Assembly: GCF_009734345.1 (NCBI RefSeq)
Contig: NZ_CP032551.1
Span: forward strand, 2,190,001-2,222,000
Length of the DNA: 32,000 nt
Direction: 5' to 3'
Origin: Pseudidiomarina andamanensis
GTDB taxonomy: Bacteria > Pseudomonadota > Gammaproteobacteria > Enterobacterales > Alteromonadaceae
Position numbers and translations under genes: made by a program
In this document: piece by piece, positions 20,564 through 28,437 of the stretch
How positions within the stretch are numbered: the stretch's first letter is position 1
Layout of the letters: every line of letters starts with the position of its first letter
Notes under the pieces: generated by a model
Told to the model about the DNA's origin: nothing
Databases searched by the model: none
The model's input: the letters and a program-made list of their open reading frames with translations, nothing else

Positions 20564-21616
20564 TTACGGCTGTAGTTTTGTTATCGTGACTTCTGTCGTT
20601 TCTTCTTTATTGTCACGTAAAAACTGAACTTTCAACGTAGTACCTGGCTTGGTTTTCGCCACCAACGCCAGCCCTTCTGCTGCCGTCAACATTGGTTGAC
20701 CATTGATCTCAGTGATGTAGTCTTCAGCTCGCAAACCAGCTCGCTCGGCAGGGCTATTTGGGTCAACACCCGTAATAAAAATACCTGGTTGCGTGTAAGG
20801 GTTCGATTGTGGTGTTTCGCCAACTTGTACGCCTAAATAACCACGCACTACTTCACCTTCACGAATTAAAGTATCCATGACTGAGCGCGCTAATGGGTAT
20901 GGAACTGCAAAGTAGATACCATCAATACCTTGACCTCGCGCATCGCGGAACTGTGCGTTGTTGATACCCACCAGATAACCTTGGCTGTTAATCAAAGCAC
21001 CGCCAGAAGCACCTTCGTTGATAACGGCATCCATTTGAATCAAGTCAGCATGCGAGTGAATAACACCCATACGGCCGCCCGTCGCACTGACGATACCTTG
21101 AGTAATGGTTTGCCCTAAATTGTGCGGATTACCAATCGCGAGAACCACATCACCAACCTGTGTTGTTAATGAGTCGTTTTGCGGAATAGTCGGTAAATTG
21201 TCAGCTTCAATGCGAACCACCGCAAGATCTGTAATTCGATCGTATCCAATAACCTGACCACTATAGTTTCGGCCATCTTGCAGAGCGACTTGAATTTCGT
21301 TCACGTCAGCGACGACATGATAGGCAGTTAAAATATGCCCCCGATTATCCATGATCACGCCCGAACCCAACCTTACAAGTGTGTTAGGACGTCGGGAATA
21401 ATAGGAATCACGCGTAGAACCAATACTATAAATATTGACTACAGCAGGAGCTGCGCGCTGCACAGCAGTTGAAAAACTCAAAGGCTGTTGTGATTGTTGT
21501 GAGTTATTACTGAATTGCTCACGTAAATGGGGTAGGGCATAAATCACAATAGCGGCGACAGCTAAGCCAAGAATAACTGATCGAACAATATACCAAGCAA
21601 ATTGCCGTAGCTGCAT
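20564..21616 (-). CDS. degS: Envelope-stress sensor serine protease DegS
   Basis: 350 aa with an N-terminal TM anchor, the H/D/S triad (TAYHVV, ITDLAVV, GASGGAL) and a single PDZ domain. It lies downstream of degQ as in E. coli. Confidence 0.9.
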   Translation of the reverse strand: MQLRQFAWYIVRSVILGLAVAAIVIYALPHLREQFSNNSQQSQQPLSFSTAVQRAAPAVVNIYSIGSTRDSYYSRRPNTLVRLGSGVIMDNRGHILTAYHVVADVNEIQVALQDGRNYSGQVIGYDRITDLAVVRIEADNLPTIPQNDSLTTQVGDVVLAIGNPHNLGQTITQGIVSATGGRMGVIHSHADLIQMDAVINEGASGGALINSQGYLVGINNAQFRDARGQGIDGIYFAVPYPLARSVMDTLIREGEVVRGYLGVQVGETPQSNPYTQPGIFITGVDPNSPAERAGLRAEDYITEINGQPMLTAAEGLALVAKTKPGTTLKVQFLRDNKEETTEVTITKLQP

Positions 21617-21667
21617 AGTGACTTATAACCCGTTGATTTAAGAATACAGAAGAGCATAACACTGTTT

Positions 21668-21697
21668 ACAAAAGAAGGCAGTAATTGTACTGCCTTC
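21668..21697 (-). terminator. Rho-independent terminator downstream of degQ
   Basis: Read on the minus strand, GAAGGCAGTA-caat-TACTGCCTTC is followed by TTTTGT. This is a 10-bp perfect stem, starting 26 nt after the degQ stop. Confidence 0.8.
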
Positions 21698-21723
21698 GTT
21701 CTTTTTAGTCTGAGATTTTGGTC

Positions 21724-23070
21724 TTAGCCACCGCGCAACACAAGATATAGCTGTGAATTGCCGCGACGTAAATTTAAAGCAACCACACTACCAGCATTGC
21801 TAAGCGCCTCACGTAGCTCACTCATGCTATTCACTGGGCTACGGTTAACGCCAATAATCACGTCGTCTTTGCGAATACCATAGCGTTCAGCCAAAGAACC
21901 CTCTTCAATTTCGGTGACCTTGAGACCACCACGTTCATCGGGTGCTAAGGTGATACCGTCAAGAGCTGGGTGCAATGCTGCGGCCGTAACTGCTTGCTCA
22001 TCAGCAGTTAGAACCACGTCAAACTTCCGTTCGTCACCATCTCGCAGAACAGTGATTTCAAGTTCTTTACCCGCACCAATCGTGCTCACTCGTGCGCCCA
22101 AATCAGCGAAAGTACGAATTTTTTCGCCATTCACAGCAACAATCACGTCACCAGATTTCAAGCCTGCTTTATCAGCCGCACCTTCAGGAATAACTTCCGC
22201 AATAAAAGCACCTTGATTTGCTTTTAAATCAAGTGCTTTGGCAATTTCATGGGTTAAGTCATTACCGCGAACGCCGAGAACGCCGCGACGCACTTCACCG
22301 AACTCAATTAGTTGTGCGACAAGGTTTTTCATCATGTCGGCAGGAATGGCAAAACCGATACCAATATTGCCGCCGTTGGGGCCTAGAATAGCGGTGTTAA
22401 TACCAATTAACTCACCATTCAATGTCACCAGTGCTCCACCAGAGTTACCGCTGTTAATAGCCGCATCGGTTTGAATGAAGTTTTCGATTTCTTCAATACC
22501 CAAGCCACTACGACCCAGTGCACTAACGATACCAGAGGTTACCGTTTGACCAAGACCAAACGGGTTGCCGATGGCGACAACAAAGTCACCAACGCGTAAG
22601 TCGGCAGAGTTACCAATTTTTATTTCTGTAAGGTTAGCACCATCTTTGATCTTTAGTAGCGCTACGTCTGAGCGATCATCAGTACCAATCACAGTTGCAT
22701 CGAACTGGCGACCATCTTTTAGGGTCACTAAAATCTCCGATGCTCCGTCAATCACGTGGTTATTGGTGACAACATAACCTTCGTCAGCATCAATAATGAC
22801 GCCAGATCCCAGGCCTTGGAATGGACGCTCTTGAACTTGCTCTCGTGGGCCGCCAGGACCAAAGAAGAAGCGAAACATATCTGGAATACGTTGGCGAACC
22901 TCACGCTTCCCTTTTACCGAGATATTCACCACTGCAGGGGTGACTTCCTCGAGCATAGGGGCCAGTGTTGGCGTTTCATCTTTATCGCCAAAGAAAGGAA
23001 TGCCGGCTGAAACAGGCGCCACAATTAACGCACTTGCCAATGCCAGAACCGCAATGAACTTCACTTTCAT
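21724..23070 (-). CDS. degQ: Periplasmic serine endoprotease, DegP/DegQ family (two PDZ domains)
   Basis: 448 aa with a signal peptide (MKVKFIAVLALASALIVAPVSA), the triad contexts TNNHVI, SDVALLKI and GNSGGAL, and two PDZ regions. GGAG lies 9 nt upstream of the ATG. Confidence 0.92.
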   Translation of the reverse strand: MKVKFIAVLALASALIVAPVSAGIPFFGDKDETPTLAPMLEEVTPAVVNISVKGKREVRQRIPDMFRFFFGPGGPREQVQERPFQGLGSGVIIDADEGYVVTNNHVIDGASEILVTLKDGRQFDATVIGTDDRSDVALLKIKDGANLTEIKIGNSADLRVGDFVVAIGNPFGLGQTVTSGIVSALGRSGLGIEEIENFIQTDAAINSGNSGGALVTLNGELIGINTAILGPNGGNIGIGFAIPADMMKNLVAQLIEFGEVRRGVLGVRGNDLTHEIAKALDLKANQGAFIAEVIPEGAADKAGLKSGDVIVAVNGEKIRTFADLGARVSTIGAGKELEITVLRDGDERKFDVVLTADEQAVTAAALHPALDGITLAPDERGGLKVTEIEEGSLAERYGIRKDDVIIGVNRSPVNSMSELREALSNAGSVVALNLRRGNSQLYLVLRGG

Positions 23071-23149
23071 CAGAGTTAACTCCTATACATGCATTATCTG
23101 TCGCATAGAGCTACGACAGGGGTTTTAAATAATTTCAGGTAGATGCAGT

Positions 23150-23177
23150 TAAAGACTGACCTTAAGTAAATAAGTTC
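23150..23177 (-). promoter_or_regulatory. Candidate sigmaE (RpoE)-type promoter upstream of degQ
   Basis: On the minus strand the sequence reads tGAACTT, then a 16-nt spacer, then TCTTTA. This resembles the E. coli sigmaE consensus GGAACTT-N16-TCnaA. It lies about 80 nt upstream of the degQ ATG. Confidence 0.3.
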
Positions 23178-23212
23178 AAAGGGGATGTGTTTCAAGATGT
23201 AAAACAAAAACG

Positions 23213-23354
23213 AAATGCGTTGTTCGTTATTCGTTATTCGTGAATTAGGCTCGCTCGATATGCAGACTGACGGTTCTCATATTTTTCGGCGCGGCTATTT
23301 GGGTTTTCGCTCTTGCTTTTCCGAATAACCAATAACGAATAACGAATAACATTT
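23213..23354 (+). repeat. Heptamer-armed palindromic intergenic element, copy 2
   Basis: The left end is AAATGCGTTGTT followed by (CGTTATT)x2 and CG. The right arm is CGAATAA, CCAATAA, CGAATAA, CGAATAA followed by CATTT. That right terminus equals the reverse complement of the left terminus with a 5-nt deletion. The core is alignable to copies 1 and 3. Confidence 0.88.
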
Positions 23355-23361
23355 TTTGGAG

Positions 23362-23778
23362 TTATTTAAAGAGGCCGGACTTGGTGTCGCTGTAGTCACG
23401 CGGCATATCACTTGGCACCTTATCATCCGAACGACGCTTCTCGCCTTTTACCTTATTCGCCATTCGCAGTTCGCGAATGGTGTCTTCAGCGAAGAATGGC
23501 AAGCTTGGCTGTTCTTGCTCACGCTGCAATAAGTCGGCACTGTGATGTAAGTACGCTTTTAACTTGTCTTGGGTTTCTTCCAGCTGGCCTACGAGCGCCT
23601 GTGCGGTAGCGAGATGTTCAGCAACTTCTTGACGATAGTCGGCAAGTTGCTGCTTTGTCTGCGTGACTTGCTGGTTTAACTCGGCCTCATCGGAATGTTC
23701 TGTGAGCCAGTACCGCGCCACAAAAAATCCAACAATAGCACCTGCAATGACGAGTAAAATTCCAACAATCCAGCTCAT
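23362..23778 (-). CDS. zapG: Z-ring-associated inner-membrane protein ZapG (YhcB, DUF1043)
   Basis: 138 aa with an N-terminal TM helix (WIVGILLVIAGAIVGFFVARY) followed by a coiled-coil. It is divergent from zapE as in E. coli. Confidence 0.88.
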   Translation of the reverse strand: MSWIVGILLVIAGAIVGFFVARYWLTEHSDEAELNQQVTQTKQQLADYRQEVAEHLATAQALVGQLEETQDKLKAYLHHSADLLQREQEQPSLPFFAEDTIRELRMANKVKGEKRRSDDKVPSDMPRDYSDTKSGLFK

Positions 23779-23848
23779 AAAAACTCCTTAAAAATGCATT
23801 TCGCATGATAAACTACTACCTACTAGCATAATCCAGAACAGGGTCGAA

Positions 23849-24976
23849 GTGGTAGTGACAACGAACAAGCTTACGCCATTATTAAAGTATGAGCAGGATT
23901 TAGCGACCGGAAACTTTCAACCGGATGCCGCACAACGTAAAGCTGTGGAGGCTTTGCAGCGTCTTTATGACGAACTGGTCTTATTTCACCAATCGCAAGT
24001 AAACCCAGGATTGATCGGGCGTTTGAAACTAGCGTTGGGTGGTGCGAAGCCTGCGCCAAAGGGAATTTATTTTTGGGGCGGTGTCGGACGCGGTAAAACT
24101 TATTTAGTCGATACGTTTTTTGAGACTTTACCTTTCGAGCAAAAGCTACGTGTGCATTTTCACCGCTTTATGCATCGTGTACATAGCGAATTGAAAGAAC
24201 TAAAAGGTCGTAGTGATCCGCTACCAATTATTGCCGACAAACTTGCAGCCGAGGCGCGTGTTGTCTGTTTTGATGAGTTCTTTGTGCAAGATATTACCGA
24301 TGCCATGATCCTTGGCACATTGATGCAAGAGTTATTCAAGCGCAATGTGGTGTTGGTAGCGACGTCAAATATCGTACCTGATGACCTATACAAAAACGGA
24401 TTGCAGCGTCAGCGTTTCATTCCCGCTATTGAATTGATTAATAAGCACTGCGAAGTAATTAACGTCGACAGTGGTATCGATTACCGCCTGCGCACGCTAA
24501 CCCGGGCTGAAATTTACCATGCACCTGCAGATGCCGGTGCGGATGAAAATCTACAACGATACTTTACTGAGTTGGCTCCTGACCACTGTAACCGCGATGA
24601 ACGCGGATATATTGTGGTGAATAATCGCAACATCCCAGTGCGCATGGAGTGTGATGACGTCGTGTTATTCTCGTTTGATGCAATTTGTGGCGGGCCACGC
24701 TCGCAAAACGACTATATTGAACTCGCACAGTGTTATCACGCAGTGCTTATTAGTGATGTGCCGCAAATGGGCGCACATAATGACGATGCCGCGCGGCGTT
24801 TTATTGCGTTGGTTGACGAATTCTATGAACGCCGAGTCAAACTAATTATGTCTGGCGCTACCCAGTTAGACGAGCTGTACACTCAAGGTAAATTAAATTT
24901 CGAGTTCAAACGGTGTGTTAGCCGGCTATTAGAAATGCAAAGTCACGAATATTTAGGACTCGCTCACAAACCATGA
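23849..24976 (+). CDS. zapE: Cell-division AFG1-like ATPase ZapE (YhcM)
   Basis: 375 aa with Walker A GGVGRGKT and Walker B VVCFDEF. The start is a GTG (23849, or alternatively 23855) because no in-frame ATG lies upstream of the conserved N-terminus. Confidence 0.9.
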   Translation: MVVTTNKLTPLLKYEQDLATGNFQPDAAQRKAVEALQRLYDELVLFHQSQVNPGLIGRLKLALGGAKPAPKGIYFWGGVGRGKTYLVDTFFETLPFEQKLRVHFHRFMHRVHSELKELKGRSDPLPIIADKLAAEARVVCFDEFFVQDITDAMILGTLMQELFKRNVVLVATSNIVPDDLYKNGLQRQRFIPAIELINKHCEVINVDSGIDYRLRTLTRAEIYHAPADAGADENLQRYFTELAPDHCNRDERGYIVVNNRNIPVRMECDDVVLFSFDAICGGPRSQNDYIELAQCYHAVLISDVPQMGAHNDDAARRFIALVDEFYERRVKLIMSGATQLDELYTQGKLNFEFKRCVSRLLEMQSHEYLGLAHKP

Positions 24977-26526
24977 CATTAACTGACTGGACTTTAGCTG
25001 TTGGCGGCCTTGGCCTGTTGTTGCTCGGTATGCAATTACTAACCGACGGGTTAAAAGCAGCAGCTGGAAGTCATCTACAGGGTTATCTAGAGCGCTCGAC
25101 TCAAACAAGGCTGCGAGCCGCTCTGTCAGGGTTTACTGTAACTGCACTCGTGCAGTCATCTAGTGCCGTTGTGGTTGCTCTGCTTGGTTTCACCAACGCC
25201 GGCATGCTGAAATTAAAGCAAGCCGCCTGGATGGTGTTTGGGAGTAATGTCGGCACCACAATGACCGCATGGATTGTAGCGCTGATTGGTTTGAAGCTGA
25301 ACATTGGCGTTGTTGCTTGGCCAATGATTGGCATTGGCATGCTACTGCAACTCGTCCGTCGCGCTGATCCAGTTGGTAGCATTGGCCTAGCAGTTGCTGG
25401 CTTCGGGGTGTTGTTTGTCGGTTTGGATACGCTGCGAGATGCCTTCGAACAACTTGTGACTATTCTGCCTGTGGGGCAGTTATCGATAAGCGGTCCTGTT
25501 GGAATTCTCCTAGCGGTAATTGCTGGCGCATTATTAACAGCGTTGGTTCAGTCTTCTTCGGCAGCTTTAGCAATTGTACTCACTGCTTCGGTGAGTGGTG
25601 TGTTTACGCCACTGGCCGGAGCTGCTGTGGTGATTGGGGCGAATATTGGTACCACCTTGACTGCGCTATTAGCCAGTATCGGCGCAACTGCCCATGCGAA
25701 GCGCTTAGCCGCAGTTCACGTCTTAATGAATACCGTCACTGGTATTACAGCATTAATTTTGCTGGTTCCGATGTGGTGGGTTGCAGAATTATTGTCAGGT
25801 GGCGAGCAGGTTACGAATATTAGTACAGGGCTCGCGGTATTCCATACTCTATTTAATGTGCTCGGTGTGGCGCTAATGTGGCTCTTAGACGAGCGCATCT
25901 TCCGTCGTGTCGAAAGTTGGTATCGGTTACCGGCATTGCGTTCAGGCGAGCCTCGCTTCCTCGATAAAACCGTGTTAGAAATTCCGGCGATGGGTCTCAA
26001 CGCCGTGCAACAAGAGCTTAACCGCGTGTTGCGTCAATATATTTTGCGCTTACGCACCGTTTTACGAGATGAAGCGGCACTCGCCGAAACCGAGGAAGAT
26101 ATAGCGACGGGTGAATTACTCGCGCATATTCAAGTCTACTTGACCAAGTTAAGCGCGAAACAATTGCATGGTGACGAAGCTTTGTTGCTAGCAGAACTTC
26201 ATACCAGCCATTCTCGCTTAAGCGACTTGCGCGACATTGTCGAAAAACTACGCGCCGCTAAACCAGAACAAATTGAAGCAAGCCTCAACCACCAACTTCG
26301 CGAACAGTTGCTCGAACTACTTAACGGCGCTGATATGAAAGATCGGCCAGAAGCAAACTGGGCATCGCTTGCTAGTTCCATTCGCGCCACACGCAATTTG
26401 CTACGCCACACTTGGTTAAATCGCATTGCAGCCAACGAGCTCGAGCCAACGGAGGGGGCGGCGTTAATGCAGTTAGCGAGTATGTGGGAGCGCAGCGCCG
26501 AAATCATCACCGCCCTGAAAACCTAA
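24973..26526 (+). CDS. Na/Pi-cotransporter family protein with C-terminal PhoU-like helical domain (YjbB/NptA-like)
   Basis: 517 aa. The N-terminal part is polytopic with the duplicated LVQSSSA motif typical of Na_Pi_cotrans repeats, and the roughly 170-aa C-terminal part is soluble and helical. Its ATG overlaps the zapE stop (ATGA). Confidence 0.85.
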   Translation: MTLTDWTLAVGGLGLLLLGMQLLTDGLKAAAGSHLQGYLERSTQTRLRAALSGFTVTALVQSSSAVVVALLGFTNAGMLKLKQAAWMVFGSNVGTTMTAWIVALIGLKLNIGVVAWPMIGIGMLLQLVRRADPVGSIGLAVAGFGVLFVGLDTLRDAFEQLVTILPVGQLSISGPVGILLAVIAGALLTALVQSSSAALAIVLTASVSGVFTPLAGAAVVIGANIGTTLTALLASIGATAHAKRLAAVHVLMNTVTGITALILLVPMWWVAELLSGGEQVTNISTGLAVFHTLFNVLGVALMWLLDERIFRRVESWYRLPALRSGEPRFLDKTVLEIPAMGLNAVQQELNRVLRQYILRLRTVLRDEAALAETEEDIATGELLAHIQVYLTKLSAKQLHGDEALLLAELHTSHSRLSDLRDIVEKLRAAKPEQIEASLNHQLREQLLELLNGADMKDRPEANWASLASSIRATRNLLRHTWLNRIAANELEPTEGAALMQLASMWERSAEIITALKT

Positions 26527-26673
26527 AAGCGTTACTCGTTATTCGTTATTCGTTATTCGTGGGCTTGGCTCGCCCGATAGCTCAATTTACAACTCGCTCA
26601 CTTTTCGTTGTGGTCATTTTGGTTTTTCGTTTTTGCTTTTCCGAATAACGTCGTTGATCTTTTAAGCGCTTTT
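26525..26673 (+). repeat. Heptamer-armed palindromic intergenic element, copy 3 (right arm decayed)
   Basis: The left end is AAAAGCGTTACT followed by (CGTTATT)x3 and CG, starting on the TAA stop of the upstream gene. The core is conserved. The right arm has a single CGAATAA (26642-26648), then 15 unrelated nt, then AAGCGCTTTT (26664-26673), which matches the reverse complement of the left terminus with a 1-nt indel. The boundary is certain to 26650 and tentative to 26673. Confidence 0.8.
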
Positions 26674-26682
26674 CCCTATAAT
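26654..26682 (+). promoter_or_regulatory. Candidate sigma70 promoter of the rplM-rpsI operon (TTGATC-17-TATAAT)
   Basis: There is a perfect -10 TATAAT at 26677-26682 and a -35 TTGATC at 26654-26659, separated by exactly 17 nt. It lies about 120 nt upstream of the rplM ATG. Confidence 0.6.
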
Positions 26683-26727
26683 CCGCGCAGCCCACGTTAC
26701 AGGTACAACTAACCGAATTTGTGGCTC

Positions 26728-26749
26728 AACCACAACGGTTGTTGTGGTT
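26728..26749 (+). promoter_or_regulatory. Stem-loop in the rplM 5' leader
   Basis: AACCACAAC-ggtt-GTTGTGGTT forms a 9-bp perfect stem inside the leader of roughly 115 nt, between the candidate promoter and the rplM start. Confidence 0.4.
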
Positions 26750-26802
26750 CGCGGGGAAGCCCGGAACTACTGTCGTGAACCTTAAAGAAAGAGTAATTTT
26801 CA

Positions 26803-27231
26803 ATGAGTACATTTGTTGCAAAGCCAGAAACAGTACAACGTGACTGGTACGTTATTGACGCTGAAGGTAAAACTTTAGGTCGTTTGGCAACTGAAGTTGC
26901 CCGTCGTTTACGCGGTAAGCACAAGCCTGAGTACACACCTCACGTTGACACTGGTGATTACATCATCATCGTTAACGCTGAAAAGGTTGCTGTAACTGGC
27001 CGCAAAGCGCAAAACAAAATCTACTATTCACACACGGGTTACCCAGGTGGTATCAAAGAAATCAACTTCGAAAAGTTGATTGCTAAGAAGCCTGAAATGG
27101 TAATTCAGAAAGCGGTGAAAGGTATGTTACCTCGTGGTCCACTAGGTCGTGCCATGTTCCGTAAACTGAAAGTGTACGCTGGTGCAGAGCACAATCATGT
27201 TGCTCAGCAACCAAAACAACTTGAAATTTAA
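26803..27231 (+). CDS. rplM: 50S ribosomal protein L13
   Basis: 142 aa beginning [30 protein letters not shown]..., a canonical L13 sequence. Confidence 0.98.
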   Translation: MSTFVAKPETVQRDWYVIDAEGKTLGRLATEVARRLRGKHKPEYTPHVDTGDYIIIVNAEKVAVTGRKAQNKIYYSHTGYPGGIKEINFEKLIAKKPEMVIQKAVKGMLPRGPLGRAMFRKLKVYAGAEHNHVAQQPKQLEI

Positions 27232-27248
27232 GACGGAGCATGAAGACT

Positions 27249-27641
27249 ATGGCACAGAATCAATACTACGGTACTGGTCGTCGCAAAAGCTCAACTGCAC
27301 GCGTTTTCTTGCGTCCAGGCAGCGGCAACATCAGCATCAATAACCGCACTTTAGAAGAATACTTCGGTCGTGAAACCGCTCGTATGGTTGTTCGTCAACC
27401 GCTTGAGTTGGTAGACATGGTTGAAAAATTCGACTTATACATCACTGTTAAAGGTGGTGGTGCAAGTGGTCAAGCAGGCGCAGTGCGTCACGGTATCACC
27501 CGTGCACTGATGCAGTATGACGAAGCTCTACGTGGTGACTTACGTCGCGCGGGTTATGTAACTCGTGACGCACGTCAAGTTGAGCGTAAGAAAGTCGGCT
27601 TGCATAAAGCACGTAAGCGTCCACAGTTCTCGAAGCGTTAA
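27249..27641 (+). CDS. rpsI: 30S ribosomal protein S9
   Basis: Starting at 27249 gives [21 protein letters not shown], 130 aa as in E. coli S9. GGAG at 27235-27238 is 10 nt upstream of this ATG but only 1 nt from the 27240 ATG in the ORF track. Confidence 0.96.
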   Translation: MAQNQYYGTGRRKSSTARVFLRPGSGNISINNRTLEEYFGRETARMVVRQPLELVDMVEKFDLYITVKGGGASGQAGAVRHGITRALMQYDEALRGDLRRAGYVTRDARQVERKKVGLHKARKRPQFSKR

Positions 27642-27664
27642 TTCTTCGGAATCTCGACTACGTC

Positions 27665-27693
27665 AAAAACCCGGCCTTTGTGCCGGGTTTTTT
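27665..27693 (+). terminator. Rho-independent terminator of rplM-rpsI
   Basis: AAAAACCCGGC-ctttgt-GCCGGGTTTTTT has a GC-rich stem (CCCGGC/GCCGGG) followed by a T6 run. It begins 24 nt after the rpsI stop. Confidence 0.9.
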
Positions 27694-27703
27694 GTCTTTA
27701 TCC

Positions 27704-27732
27704 TTGTAAAAATCAGGGCATTTCTTTATCAT
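27704..27732 (+). promoter_or_regulatory. Candidate sigma70 promoter of petABC (TTGTAA-17-TATCAT)
   Basis: The -35 TTGTAA is at 27704-27709 and the -10 TATCAT at 27727-27732, with a 17-nt spacer. It lies just after the rpsI terminator. Confidence 0.4.
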
Positions 27733-27846
27733 CTGAAGGCATTTTTTTGCCGTTCGCCTAAAATTACTTGGGCGAACCTATCGCAGCAGCTAATTACTGA
27801 CTTCGCGGCTATGTCTCGCGAAGCGTCCAAACTGGAGAGTAAGTGG

Positions 27847-28437
27847 ATGAGCAATGCGCCTGTAGATAAAGGCCGCCGTCGTTTCCTGACCGTCGCGACA
27901 TCTGTCGTCGGTGCAGCGGGCGCGGTTGGTGTTGCCGTTCCTTTCATTGCGTCTTGGAACCCGAGCGAAAAAGCTAAAAACGCGGGTGCCCCAGTGGAAG
28001 TGAACATTGGAAAAGCCGAACCGGGTCAATTGATTCGTGTTGAATGGCGTGGTCAACCGGTTTGGGTGGTACGTCGTACCCCTGAGATGTTGGCATCGCT
28101 TGACGCCGTGAGTGACCAGCTTCGCGACCCTAATTCTGAAGAACCACAACAACCTGAGTATGCGAAAAATACTTATCGTTCGCGTAAAGAAGAATACTTT
28201 GTCGCGGTAGGTATCTGTACGCATCTGGGCTGTTCACCACAGTTCCTAGATACGGGTATGGGTGAGTACGTAGAAGGCGCTCAGTCAGGCTTCTTCTGTC
28301 CGTGTCACGGTTCCATATTTGATATCGCTGGTCGTGTATTCCAAGGTGTTCCTGCGCCATATAATTTGGTGGTTCCGCCTCATTACTACATCAACGATAA
28401 CACCATTTTGGTGGGTGAAGATGGGGAGCAAGCCTAA
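27847..28437 (+). CDS. petA: Ubiquinol-cytochrome c reductase Rieske iron-sulfur subunit
   Basis: The start at MSNAPVDKGRRRFLTV (a Tat-type RR signal) has GGAG 9 nt upstream. The Rieske boxes CTHLGC and CPCHGS are present. 196 aa. The 27565 start in the ORF track spans the rpsI terminator and is rejected. Confidence 0.95.
   Translation: MSNAPVDKGRRRFLTVATSVVGAAGAVGVAVPFIASWNPSEKAKNAGAPVEVNIGKAEPGQLIRVEWRGQPVWVVRRTPEMLASLDAVSDQLRDPNSEEPQQPEYAKNTYRSRKEEYFVAVGICTHLGCSPQFLDTGMGEYVEGAQSGFFCPCHGSIFDIAGRVFQGVPAPYNLVVPPHYYINDNTILVGEDGEQA

Noticed and set aside
20999-21013. DegS has GASGG around the catalytic serine instead of the usual HtrA motif GNSGG.
   Set aside because: The residue two positions before the catalytic Ser varies among serine proteases (Asp in chymotrypsin-type enzymes). 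The full H/D/S triad, TM anchor and PDZ domain are intact, so there is no evidence of inactivation.
27565-27846. The ORF track extends petA upstream by 94 codons. It also places earlier starts for rpsI (27240) and sspA (30451).
   Set aside because: The petA extension runs through the rpsI 3' end, its Rho-independent terminator and the candidate promoter. For all three genes the downstream ATG has a properly spaced GGAG and reproduces the canonical N-terminus.
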